The notes below the pieces were generated by a model. The model was not told the DNA's origin, made no database searches, and worked only from the letters and a program-made list of their open reading frames with translations. Positions 48,835-58,011 of a DNA stretch of 64,000 nt are shown here, piece by piece. Each line of letters starts with the position of its first letter. Within the stretch, counting starts at the first letter, position 1. The position numbers were made by a program, and so were the translations under genes. This stretch comes from a virus (Duplodnaviria > Caudoviricetes): the IMG/VR virus record IMGVR_UViG_3300042473_001546, positions 7,399-71,398 of that record. One strand, written 5' to 3'.

Positions 48835-48874
48835 TAAATGCACTCAACACACTTAGTTTGGAAGGAATGGAAGA

Positions 48875-49264
48875 ATGGTGCTGAGAGCTGAGGCTGCCGC
48901 CAAACAGGACATGGCACGTCGAGAAAAACTTGAACACATTGTTGAGCTGCCACTCAAGATTCTGTATCTGCAGGCTCGAGCGCATGCGATAGAAGTAGGT
49001 GTCAGCGTCAAGTTCAACCACACTGGAATCAGTGTGGTGTTTGTTTTTGATGATGATGGTGGTGATTGGCTGGCGTTGTATGCGAGCACAAGTGCCCTGG
49101 CCAACAGCACGCCGGAAGAGGTTGCGGCTGTGGAAGCCCGACTCAATTTTATAGCAGCTGAACAAGCTGAGGCAACAAAGCGTCAAAAGTTGGCAGAGCA
49201 AGCTGCCAGCAAGCTCACAGCTGAAGAGCTTGAGGCATTGTTGCAGGAATACAAAATCCTATGA
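48875..49264 (+). CDS. Hypothetical protein
   Basis: Ends KLTAEELEALL, similar to the 45387 gene tail. Confidence 0.6.
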   Translation: MVLRAEAAAKQDMARREKLEHIVELPLKILYLQARAHAIEVGVSVKFNHTGISVVFVFDDDGGDWLALYASTSALANSTPEEVAAVEARLNFIAAEQAEATKRQKLAEQAASKLTAEELEALLQEYKIL

Positions 49265-49440
49265 CGCCTGAACAGAGAGCTCGCGAACTAGCACAATCAA
49301 TTGATACCGAAGCACCTCGAATGCCCATGACTGTGTGGGACAGATTCATTCTCATAGCTGCACTAGCCTTGAGTGGCTACATGAGCTATCTGGTAATCAC
49401 CAACATCTACAAATTTGTATCTGTATTGTTTGTGGGATAA
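49261..49440 (+). CDS. Small membrane protein (not in ORF track)
   Basis: MTPEQRARELAQ..WDRFILIAALALSGYMSYLVI..; ATGA overlap. Confidence 0.5.
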   Translation: MTPEQRARELAQSIDTEAPRMPMTVWDRFILIAALALSGYMSYLVITNIYKFVSVLFVG

Positions 49441-49799
49441 TGTGTGCCCGGTCCACAGTTGACCCAAGCGTCTACAGTCTCTATCCCTGTCCCTTCTGTG
49501 GAGAATCGGCTCGTCTAAACGAGTATTTTGACTACACCTACAATGATCCCTACGGCTACAGTGTGGAATGCGTGGACTGCGGATTGTGTCTTGACACTCA
49601 TGACACTGCTGAAGATGCAATTGCGGAATGGAACACTCGCTCACCAACTGAACAGGAAACAGTGCTGGTCCGCCAACTGGAGTTAGCCCAAGCTCGTGTA
49701 AGGGAGTTGGAAAGCTGGCTGACCAAGGTGGCCATTGGCACATGGAACGACATTGACACGGTAGTCAGCCACGCACAAAAATTGAAAAATAGTGGTTGA
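49440..49799 (+). CDS. Lar-like (restriction alleviation) zinc-ribbon protein
   Basis: PCPFCG...Y.VEC..CG......AIAEWNTR. Confidence 0.7.
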   Translation: MCARSTVDPSVYSLYPCPFCGESARLNEYFDYTYNDPYGYSVECVDCGLCLDTHDTAEDAIAEWNTRSPTEQETVLVRQLELAQARVRELESWLTKVAIGTWNDIDTVVSHAQKLKNSG

Positions 49800-49855
49800 C
49801 ACCAGCACAAAATATGTTATGTTGCTGGCACATTGTTTTGGAAAGGTCTAGCGTG

Positions 49856-50149
49856 ATGAACACTCTTGCCTCTATGTGGAATCAGATGTTTGGTATTCGC
49901 GCAGAACTTATGCGCATCCAAACGAGCCTTGACAACCACCTGTTCTTTCTCTCCAATCGAGAGAAGGTTGTAGCCAGCACTCTTGAGCGTTTGAGCCAGG
50001 TGCGAGAGCGCAACCCTGATTCAGCTGATAGGCTAGCACGCCTGGAAGAGATTTTCCTGAGCCGCGTTACCAATGCCAAAAACATGAGCGAAGTGTCCTC
50101 CACCCTGGGCAAGCTCTTGAAGACCTTGGATCGCGAGCGGCTCGACTAA
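49856..50149 (+). CDS. Hypothetical protein
   Basis: Promoter-like sequence at 49796, SD AAGG. Confidence 0.55.
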   Translation: MNTLASMWNQMFGIRAELMRIQTSLDNHLFFLSNREKVVASTLERLSQVRERNPDSADRLARLEEIFLSRVTNAKNMSEVSSTLGKLLKTLDRERLD

Positions 50150-50223
50150 ATCCCACTAGTTTGGGTTGACATAACCTACAAGTCTGCTATAGTCACCACA
50201 CAACAGAGAACAAGGATACTCTA

Positions 50224-52311
50224 GTGCGTATCACCAACAACACACAGACTCTGGAGCGAGGCGGAGTAGGCGAAGAGACCACTTTCCGCATCAAGGCCAA
50301 TGCTCGTGCATTCAGCATCCTGTCGAGTAATCTCTATGCTGACAAGATCAAGGCTGTGATCCGCGAGCTCTCTTGCAATGCCTGGGACAGCCATGTGGCT
50401 GCTGGCAAGCAGGACACACCTTTTGATGTGCATCTGCCCAACAGCATGGAGCCTTGGTTCTCTGTGACCGACTACGGCCTGGGTCTCAGTCATGAGCAGG
50501 TGATGGACCTATACACAACCTATTTCAGTTCCAGTAAGACCGAAAGCAACGACTATGTGGGTGCGCTGGGCCTGGGCAGCAAATCTCCCTTCGCCTACAC
50601 AAATGGCTTTGATGTTGTAAGCACCTTCAATGGTGAGCAGCACAGCTATGCCATGTTCATCAATGAGGCAGGCGAGCCGAGTGTAGCCAAGCTGGGGGTG
50701 CAAAACACCACTGCGCCCAATGGTGTGATGGTGAAGCTGCCTGTGAAGCGTGACGACATGGGCAACTTTTGCCAGACGGCAGAGCAAGTGTTCATGTGGT
50801 TTACCAATCAGCCAGTGGTGTGTGGTAACAACAACTACAGGCAGCGATCCATCACTCGAACTCAAGAGGGAGATGGTTGGTATCTTCGAGACGAAGATCG
50901 CTATTATCGCAGCGGTGCTGTGGCACGGATGGGCAGTGTTGCCTATCCCATCAAAAGCAGCCAGCTCAACAATCGCTTCACTAGCCTGATCCATCTACCA
51001 CTGGTGATTGAATTCAACATTGGTGAGCTGGATGTGGCTGCTAGCCGTGAAGAACTCAGCTACGATCCCACCACCATTGCTGTTCTCGAGAGCAAGCTGG
51101 ACCAAGTGCTCCAGAACATTCGTGATGTGGTCAACAAGCAGTTTGAAGAAGCACCAACTCTTTGGGCAGCTCGGTGCCTCTACCACCAGCTGTGGCATCG
51201 AAACTATCACACGCGGGGTTTGATCCAAGTTTTGAACTCTGCTGGTGTCTATCCCAAGTGGCAGGGAGAGGATATTTCAGCAAATGATTTTTATGCCAAG
51301 ACCCTTACTGAAAATCTTGCGGTTGTGTTGCACCATGTTCGAGACAGTGGGCGTCGAGAACAGGCCCGATACATCACAACCTCCAATGAAGTGACGTTTT
51401 TTCGGCAAGACTGCGTTGACACCACCAGCCGAGTTGGGCTTTGGCTAAAGGCTGAGCAAAAGGCAGGTCGACACCCGCGAGCCCATATCATCACCGGCGA
51501 AGATGATGTTGTTGCCCAAGTGCTGGCCCAACTGGGCAATCCTCCAATTCAAAGCGCCAAGAGCTTGACACGTGCTGAACGTGTGGTAATGAAGTTCAAG
51601 GGTGCAGTATGGGTTGGCCGCGCAAGCATTTGGGGTCGAGTGCGCAAGAGTGATAACTGGGGCAATGAGAAGGAGCTTACTACTTCGCAGGGGGGGCTAT
51701 ATGTGCAGATTGACGTACTGGACCCTGTAAGCCCAGATGGGCAGGACGTGGCCATGGGTGATCTAGTGCGTGGAATGGTTGGGCTTGGTATCATCAAGAG
51801 CGCAACTGAGATCTGGGGCATCAACAAAACCAATGTCAAGAAGATTGTTGGTGAGCCCAAGTGGATTGAGTTTACCAGCTGGGCTCACCAAGAGGTCCAG
51901 AAGTTTATTGACAACGGCAAGTGGAAGGACCGTGTGGTTGCCACTGGGTTGATCAACAGCTTTGTTCAGGCAGCTGGCAACAACCAATCCAATTGGCAGG
52001 TGTTTGCCAAGCATGAGAACGTGATTGGACGTATGGTACGCGAGTGGAATCAGCACACAGATGTGCTGAGCAAGGCCAAATCCAAGAACATGGATATTAC
52101 TATACAGGATCTCACACTGGCAGCTCGTTCAATTGGTGTGGACATCAAGGGCATCCGGCCCGACACTGCCCATGTGGACCTATTGTTTGACGAGATCAAG
52201 GCCCGGTATCCTCTCATGCGCTTTGCGTTCGGACTACGCAACGAGCCGTTGACCCCCTTTGTGGAGTATGTGGAGTCAATTGACAAAAACTCTCCACAAA
52301 ATAACACTTGA
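50224..52311 (+). CDS. rIIA: rIIA-like protein (GHKL/Hsp90-like N-domain)
   Basis: F.ILSS.LY.DKI.AVIRELSCNAWDSH, DYG.GL, G.LGLGSKSPFAYT, SREELSY. Confidence 0.92.
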   Translation: MRITNNTQTLERGGVGEETTFRIKANARAFSILSSNLYADKIKAVIRELSCNAWDSHVAAGKQDTPFDVHLPNSMEPWFSVTDYGLGLSHEQVMDLYTTYFSSSKTESNDYVGALGLGSKSPFAYTNGFDVVSTFNGEQHSYAMFINEAGEPSVAKLGVQNTTAPNGVMVKLPVKRDDMGNFCQTAEQVFMWFTNQPVVCGNNNYRQRSITRTQEGDGWYLRDEDRYYRSGAVARMGSVAYPIKSSQLNNRFTSLIHLPLVIEFNIGELDVAASREELSYDPTTIAVLESKLDQVLQNIRDVVNKQFEEAPTLWAARCLYHQLWHRNYHTRGLIQVLNSAGVYPKWQGEDISANDFYAKTLTENLAVVLHHVRDSGRREQARYITTSNEVTFFRQDCVDTTSRVGLWLKAEQKAGRHPRAHIITGEDDVVAQVLAQLGNPPIQSAKSLTRAERVVMKFKGAVWVGRASIWGRVRKSDNWGNEKELTTSQGGLYVQIDVLDPVSPDGQDVAMGDLVRGMVGLGIIKSATEIWGINKTNVKKIVGEPKWIEFTSWAHQEVQKFIDNGKWKDRVVATGLINSFVQAAGNNQSNWQVFAKHENVIGRMVREWNQHTDVLSKAKSKNMDITIQDLTLAARSIGVDIKGIRPDTAHVDLLFDEIKARYPLMRFAFGLRNEPLTPFVEYVESIDKNSPQNNT

Positions 52312-52369
52312 CACTATTCCAACCTTATAATACATTCACTACTGTGAACAACCCGAAAGGAAACCTACA

Positions 52370-53698
52370 GTGAGCCTTCCTTATATCGCCGGACGTGACT
52401 TCCTTACTATCATGCACAACGGGGTAACCCATACTGTGCGTGAAGGCATGACCAACTACTTCAGCCTACGTGAAGCTGTTCGAGCCAAGGAGTGGGACCG
52501 TGTTCCTGATCTTCTTAGCCCAGCAAAGGCAGTTGAAACCTTTGGTGCTGGCACCATCAAAGTCGTGGATGGTGAAGTGCTGATGAATGGTCAGCCGCTG
52601 CACAATGCTGTGACCCAGCGCATTCTGGAAATGGTAAGCGATGGCTTTGATGCTGCGCCGCTGACCCGCTTCCTGGAGAAGCTGATGCAGAACCCCAGCC
52701 GAATTGCTGTTACTGAACTCTACGATTGGCTGGAGCGCACCAGCCTGCCCATTACTGAAGATGGTGACTTCCTGGCCTACAAGAAGGTGCGAGACGATTA
52801 CGGCAGTTTTCATGACTATGGCAAGACCATGAACCGAGTGGGCGATAAGCCCAGCATGCCTCGCAATCAGGTGGATGACGTTCGGGACCGCACTTGCAGC
52901 TACGGACTCCACTTCTGCAGCCTCAGCTACCTCCCTTGCTATCACGGTGGTCAAGGGCGTGTGATGATCGTGAAGATCAACCCCGCTGATGTAGTGAGCA
53001 TCCCAAGCGACTACGACTTTGCCAAAGGCCGGGCCTGCACATATGAGGTAATTAGTGAGCACACTGCTGGTGAGGATCGCGAAGCGTTCTCTTCTCCGGT
53101 GGTTTCCAACCAGGGTGAGCCAGTGAAGAACGCTCGCACCAACACCTCAACTGCACAGGCTACGGCTGTGCTGGGTGTGGAGTTTGGGAACGCTGCTCGT
53201 GCAAAGCTGGTACAAGGGCTGGTGGATCAGGTTTCTCAACGCTACAGCGCAGGTCAAACCCGCAACCCAGAACAGGGTCGTGTGGATGGCTTTGACGATG
53301 CCTGGGACAACCGTGCACCTGACCTTGGACGATACCAAGGTAATGTCACCCGTGAGGCAGTGGACTACGCTCGGAGTTATTTCGAAGGCTACGACAAGTG
53401 CCGTGGAAACTCCAGCACTGTGACCACACCAGCGCCAACGGCAACAGTGGCTGACACTGGAATTTCTGTCGAGGACTTTGAGTATGAAGACGAGATCCAG
53501 CAGGCAGAGATCATCCGAGTGCTGAGCATGCCTGTGGGTTACCGCAAGCATGGTTACGACAATGGGTGGGATGAAGGCAACGTTGCTGGATGTAACCATG
53601 GTAAGGTTGGGCACTTCAATCTCTATGGTGCAGAAGAGGGCGGAAAAGGGTATCGGCGAGGCTACATTGACGGTTACCTCACTGGCTTCAACTTTTAA
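52370..53698 (+). CDS. rIIB: rIIB-like protein
   Basis: NPS......LY.WL....LPITEDG.FLAYK.V, MPR..VDD....TCS.GLH, VKINPADVVSIP.DY...K.R.C.YEV. Confidence 0.92.
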   Translation: MSLPYIAGRDFLTIMHNGVTHTVREGMTNYFSLREAVRAKEWDRVPDLLSPAKAVETFGAGTIKVVDGEVLMNGQPLHNAVTQRILEMVSDGFDAAPLTRFLEKLMQNPSRIAVTELYDWLERTSLPITEDGDFLAYKKVRDDYGSFHDYGKTMNRVGDKPSMPRNQVDDVRDRTCSYGLHFCSLSYLPCYHGGQGRVMIVKINPADVVSIPSDYDFAKGRACTYEVISEHTAGEDREAFSSPVVSNQGEPVKNARTNTSTAQATAVLGVEFGNAARAKLVQGLVDQVSQRYSAGQTRNPEQGRVDGFDDAWDNRAPDLGRYQGNVTREAVDYARSYFEGYDKCRGNSSTVTTPAPTATVADTGISVEDFEYEDEIQQAEIIRVLSMPVGYRKHGYDNGWDEGNVAGCNHGKVGHFNLYGAEEGGKGYRRGYIDGYLTGFNF

Positions 53699-53755
53699 CA
53701 ACACAAGCTGGGGGAAGCACCAAGCTTCCCCCACAACCTTTGAAAGGTCTCCCTT

Positions 53756-54286
53756 ATGTTTGTTTGGGAATTTCTAGCAGTTGGGGCTCTGGGCTTTTGG
53801 CTGCTGCTGGTGCTGAGTGCCATTCTCATGAGTGAGATGCTGGACAACGATGCACCAGGTTGGGCAACCATTGTTGCTATCGTGACTATGGCTGTGTTGG
53901 TTGTGTTTGGTGGCTTAAACCCCATCTCATACCTAACTGCACATCCTGGTGAGATTGTGCTGGGAATTGCAGCTTACTTCTTTGCTGGTGCTGTGTGGAG
54001 TTTGGTCAAATGGTATTTTTGGCTGGTCAAGCTGCGTCGGCGAATTGATGCCGGCGAGACGCAAGAACGTGTGCTCTATACTGCAGGTGTGCGTCAGTTT
54101 CCTCCAAACCCTGGCGATCACAAAAGTCGGATCATTGGATGGATTGCACTTTGGCCTGCCAGCATGCTGTGGACCGTTATCAACGATCCGGTTCGGCGCG
54201 CTGCGGAAGAGATCTACGCTCGTCTAGGTGGCACTTATCAAAGGATCAGCAACCGGGTGTTTCAAGGCTACAACAAAAAGGACTAA
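53756..54286 (+). CDS. Membrane protein
   Basis: 3 TMs; HKSRIIGWIALWP. Confidence 0.7.
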   Translation: MFVWEFLAVGALGFWLLLVLSAILMSEMLDNDAPGWATIVAIVTMAVLVVFGGLNPISYLTAHPGEIVLGIAAYFFAGAVWSLVKWYFWLVKLRRRIDAGETQERVLYTAGVRQFPPNPGDHKSRIIGWIALWPASMLWTVINDPVRRAAEEIYARLGGTYQRISNRVFQGYNKKD

Positions 54287-54624
54287 TCTAAGAGGATATT
54301 GTTAAAATGGGGATGAGCAATCATCCCCATCCTTTTTTGACCAGTCTCCTAATATTTTCACATAAAGGATACGCACAGCTACGCCCAGTAGTTTTTGAAT
54401 TTGGGTGTGTAGGTCATGTGTTCGATCAAGAGCGAATACCAAAGACTTCTGTGTCTTGTCACCAAGTTCAACTAATACAATATAATAATACAAGGGCAGT
54501 CTCCCCTGGTGATTTAACCATATTGGCTATTTAAATTTTTCAAAAGCCGTGGAATTTCAATTTAAATATCCTGCAGGTTGCCAAGTGCAGCCTTCTCATT
54601 ACATTGAAATTTCCATAGGCACTG

Positions 54625-56415
54625 ATGACCCAATCCCTCTCTGAAGTTGATGCTACACAAATTGAAACTTGGCAACTGTTGGTGCCGCACATCAAAAAAC
54701 CAATTCCCAGTTGTCCACGATACACTGAACGACTTCTGCAAGAAATAGAGCTCATTACAGAACAGAGATTTGCGCCGCATTTTTTGCGGGTCTTGGAAAT
54801 TTTGAATCTCACAAAGGATTTGCCACACATTACTCGAGGAAGTGCTGGCAGCTCACTGGTATGCTATCTTTTGGGAATTACTAATGTGGATCCTGTTGAG
54901 CACAATATTCCCTTAGCACGATTTATCAACCCCTTGCGTGATGATTTGCCTGACGTTGACATAGATTTCAGCGCCAAGTTTCACAAAGAAGTATTGAATC
55001 GGATCTACGCCCACTGGCCTGGCCGTGCTGCTCGCCTCAGCAACTATGTGAAATACCAACAAAAGAGTGCTGAGAAAGAGGCACTCAAGAGGGTATGTGG
55101 TATCAAAGGCAAGCGTGTTAAAAACAACAAGCCCATTGAGTTGGTTCCTGATCATCAAAAAGCCGAATGGAAAAAACTCACCAATAGGCTGATAGGCAAA
55201 AAGAAAAGTATTTCAAAACACCCTGGTGGTGTAGTGGTTTTTGAACAACCCCCAGCACCAAGTTTGGTGTTAAAAAAAGACAACCAAATCTTACTTGACA
55301 AATATGAGGTGGAAGACCTTGCACTTTTGAAGGTGGATGTGCTCAGCAACAGAGGGCTAAGTGTGCTGTGGGACTGTGACAAAAAGGGTGCATTTGACTA
55401 TCCATTGGATTGTGATCTCACATTTGACATGCTCAGCGGAGGCGACAGCATTGGGGTTGTGCAAGGCGAAAGTCCTGTTATGCGACGCACCCTCAAGGGT
55501 TTGAGGCCCAGTTGTGTGAGCGATCTCACACTAGCTACAGCACTTATTCGGCCAGCAGCACTTACTGGGCGTCAAAAAGGTGTGTTTTTTCGAGAGTGGA
55601 TTGGACACAACGGGAGGCCCGGAAAACTGCAACACAAAGGTGGTTTGATCTTTGATGAAGATGCTATTGAACTCATCTGCGATATTTTGAAATGCAACCC
55701 TTTTGAAGCTGATATGTATCGTAGAGGCTTTGTGAAGAAAAACGAAGAAATGATGTTTGATTTCATTGGGAAAATTGGTGAGAATCCGCAGAAAACTGAG
55801 ATTTTGAAGCTGTTGTCAAACATGGATGGATTTGGTTTATGCAAGGCACACAGCATCAACCTAGCTCATCTCATCTACGCACAAGCTTATGAGAAACAGC
55901 ATCACCCCAAGAGATTTTGGCTAGCTGTTCTTCAAAACGCTTGCAGCATGTATCGTCCTTGGGTGCACATTGAGGGTGCTAAAAAAGTTGGTTGGAAAAT
56001 TGAAGGCAAGGGTCGACCTTGGAAGGTTGATGGTGATACTCTCTACAATGATCTGTGGACAGTGCCACTTTTTGAAAGCCACATTGATCAAATGGCCAAA
56101 ATGGGATTTTGGACACACAGCAGTTGGATGCCTGGCTGCTATTACCAAGAGTTTGGTGACACTGTTACACTTTGTGGGCTGGTAGCTGCACACAGATGCT
56201 ATCACAAGGGCAGTGGTGAGTTTGTGACATTTTGTACGCTGGGCGTGGGGCCTGGTCAATTTGCTGAGGTTGTGTTGCCTGGTATGGTGGGTTTGAAAAA
56301 CAAATCTGTGGTTGACTTGGTGGGAAAGCTGAACATTATCAATGGTGTTGCCAGCATAACTGCACAAAAATTCAACACATATACCATTTGGGAACATGCC
56401 AAAAATTTAGGTTGA
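54625..56415 (+). CDS. dnaE: DNA polymerase III alpha-like catalytic subunit lacking PHP domain
   Basis: RGSAGSSLVCYLLGITNVDP, RFINP.R.D.PDVDID, HPGGVV, KVDVL, ALIRP, GLCKAHS. Confidence 0.88.
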   Translation: MTQSLSEVDATQIETWQLLVPHIKKPIPSCPRYTERLLQEIELITEQRFAPHFLRVLEILNLTKDLPHITRGSAGSSLVCYLLGITNVDPVEHNIPLARFINPLRDDLPDVDIDFSAKFHKEVLNRIYAHWPGRAARLSNYVKYQQKSAEKEALKRVCGIKGKRVKNNKPIELVPDHQKAEWKKLTNRLIGKKKSISKHPGGVVVFEQPPAPSLVLKKDNQILLDKYEVEDLALLKVDVLSNRGLSVLWDCDKKGAFDYPLDCDLTFDMLSGGDSIGVVQGESPVMRRTLKGLRPSCVSDLTLATALIRPAALTGRQKGVFFREWIGHNGRPGKLQHKGGLIFDEDAIELICDILKCNPFEADMYRRGFVKKNEEMMFDFIGKIGENPQKTEILKLLSNMDGFGLCKAHSINLAHLIYAQAYEKQHHPKRFWLAVLQNACSMYRPWVHIEGAKKVGWKIEGKGRPWKVDGDTLYNDLWTVPLFESHIDQMAKMGFWTHSSWMPGCYYQEFGDTVTLCGLVAAHRCYHKGSGEFVTFCTLGVGPGQFAEVVLPGMVGLKNKSVVDLVGKLNIINGVASITAQKFNTYTIWEHAKNLG

Positions 56416-56466
56416 CTGGTTCTTCAACTCTGCTATAACTACGCGATGAAGCAGAGGAGAGCAATA

Positions 56467-56619
56467 GTGAACAAATCTCACAAGCTGGTGGCTACAGCCC
56501 CTCGCAAGCCTCGCCGAGCAATGGAGCTGTTCTCTGACGCGAGGTTTCAGCCGCGTGTAGTGAAATCCAAGCGTGCTTACACCCGCCGGCCCCGCAACAA
56601 CCGTAACCTGGACCAGTAG
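56467..56619 (+). CDS. ArfA-like small basic protein (not in ORF track)
   Basis: MNKSHKLVATAPRKPRRAMELFSDARFQPRVVKSKRAYTRRPRNNRNLDQ; SD GAGGAG; promoter at 56412-56439. Confidence 0.6.
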   Translation: MNKSHKLVATAPRKPRRAMELFSDARFQPRVVKSKRAYTRRPRNNRNLDQ

Positions 56620-56630
56620 GAACAACTACC

Positions 56631-57062
56631 ATGAGTGAGTGGCAGGATTTTGATGTTCACTACAACGATGAAGAGCAGGAAGGAGAGGGCCGATGCCCAC
56701 GTGTGGCAATGTTCCCTCATGTGCGTCCCAAGGGCATTGTAGGTGGCAATCGACAGGTCACCAACCTTGAACGTATCTGGATCACTTTCGACTACCCCTT
56801 GAGCCAGCCCTCCACACGCCAGTTTTTCAATGATGGTGGCTGGACCCTTTATGACTTCTACCGGGCAGTATATGAGGGCTATGTGAAGATCTATGCGGAG
56901 GAAGAAGGTGCTGCTGGTGATCCTGGCTTGATCCCAGGCATGCTGAACCGAGCTCGCAGCGAAGGACCGCATGGCATTTGGGGGCATGGCATCGAGGATC
57001 TGTTCCTTGAAGGTTACCAGGAAGTGGCACCTGGAGAGTTCAAGCTGGGCATGGGCAGCTGA
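56631..57062 (+). CDS. Hypothetical protein
   Basis: FDYPL, Y.KIY.EE, G.HGIWGH.I.DL.LEG. Confidence 0.7.
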   Translation: MSEWQDFDVHYNDEEQEGEGRCPRVAMFPHVRPKGIVGGNRQVTNLERIWITFDYPLSQPSTRQFFNDGGWTLYDFYRAVYEGYVKIYAEEEGAAGDPGLIPGMLNRARSEGPHGIWGHGIEDLFLEGYQEVAPGEFKLGMGS

Positions 57063-57124
57063 CTCTGATTTGGCATAGGCAATTTTGCTCCATATAATCT
57101 TGGGAGCAAACAAAGGAGTTGCCT

Positions 57125-57685
57125 ATGCCGCCACTAGCTGGAAAAGTGTTGCCCAGTCTTGAAGATCACAATGTGTATCTTTTCATGGAGTCATTTGAGG
57201 ACAAAACTGTTCGACCCGTTATTGAGTTCATTCTACGAAAAAATCTCTTGCCCAACAAAGAGCGTCCCCCGCATCTCACAATCATTATTTGCAGCCCAGG
57301 TGGAGAGATGCCGTCTGCCTTTGCACTGATTGATGTAATCAAAGGCAGCACTATTCCAATTCACACTGTTGGCCTCGGCCAAATTGCCAGTTGCGGCCTT
57401 CTCCTATTTATGAGTGGAGCCAAAGGGCATCGAGTCATTACCCCTAGCACCAGCATCATGAGTCATCAATACTCTTGGGGGCAAGGTGGGAAACATCACG
57501 AACTCTTGTCAACAGTCAAGGAGTTTGAACTCACTGGCAAACGAATGATCGAATTGTATCGGCATTGTACTGGTCTGGATGAGAAAACAATTCGCAAATT
57601 ACTGCTGCCGGCCAGCGACGTTTGGCTCACTCCTGAAGAGGCAGTCAATTACGGTATTGCTGACGAGATCAAAGAGACTTTTTGA
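57125..57685 (+). CDS. clpP: ClpP protease
   Basis: I.SPGG, TVGLGQIASCG (Ser), IMSHQ (His), DVWLTPEEA..YG..D (Asp). Confidence 0.9.
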   Translation: MPPLAGKVLPSLEDHNVYLFMESFEDKTVRPVIEFILRKNLLPNKERPPHLTIIICSPGGEMPSAFALIDVIKGSTIPIHTVGLGQIASCGLLLFMSGAKGHRVITPSTSIMSHQYSWGQGGKHHELLSTVKEFELTGKRMIELYRHCTGLDEKTIRKLLLPASDVWLTPEEAVNYGIADEIKETF

Positions 57686-58003
57686 TTATTTTTCTGGATT
57701 GGGCAACCGGGCCACACGGTCTAAATCATTGCCCATTCTCTGCAAGTTGAGATTTTTCAAACGGCTCATCAAGGTCAAGGCGATGGGATCTTTCACACTG
57801 TCTGAGCTGGCTTTGATGTAGTCGTCCAAGCTGTTTAAGAGATCAGCTACAGTTTTGATTGCAGGGTAATCTGGTGGTAGTTTGAACTGAGCTGCCTCTC
57901 TACCATAGTTGACTTGTCCTTGCTGAATCATCCGATCCACTTGGGTCTCGCCTTCATAGGCTTCAAGAACAACCTTGCGCCAAAGTTGGATATCTTCTTT
58001 CAT
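57686..58003 (-). CDS. Hypothetical late protein
   Basis: MKEDIQLWRK..LEA; ATG 5 nt after TAAATA. Confidence 0.6.
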   Translation of the reverse strand: MKEDIQLWRKVVLEAYEGETQVDRMIQQGQVNYGREAAQFKLPPDYPAIKTVADLLNSLDDYIKASSDSVKDPIALTLMSRLKNLNLQRMGNDLDRVARLPNPEK

Positions 58004-58011
58004 ATATCTAT

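Larger units (their letters stand above)
42019..50193 (+). promoter_or_regulatory. Series of strong sigma70-type early promoters TTGACA-N13-TGC-TATA(A/G/C)T
   Basis: -35 at 42019, 42290, 42677, 43351, 43764 (TTAACA), 44189, 45353, 46984, 50166, all with a 16-nt spacer; similar copies at 8298, 24107, 56412. Confidence 0.85.
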
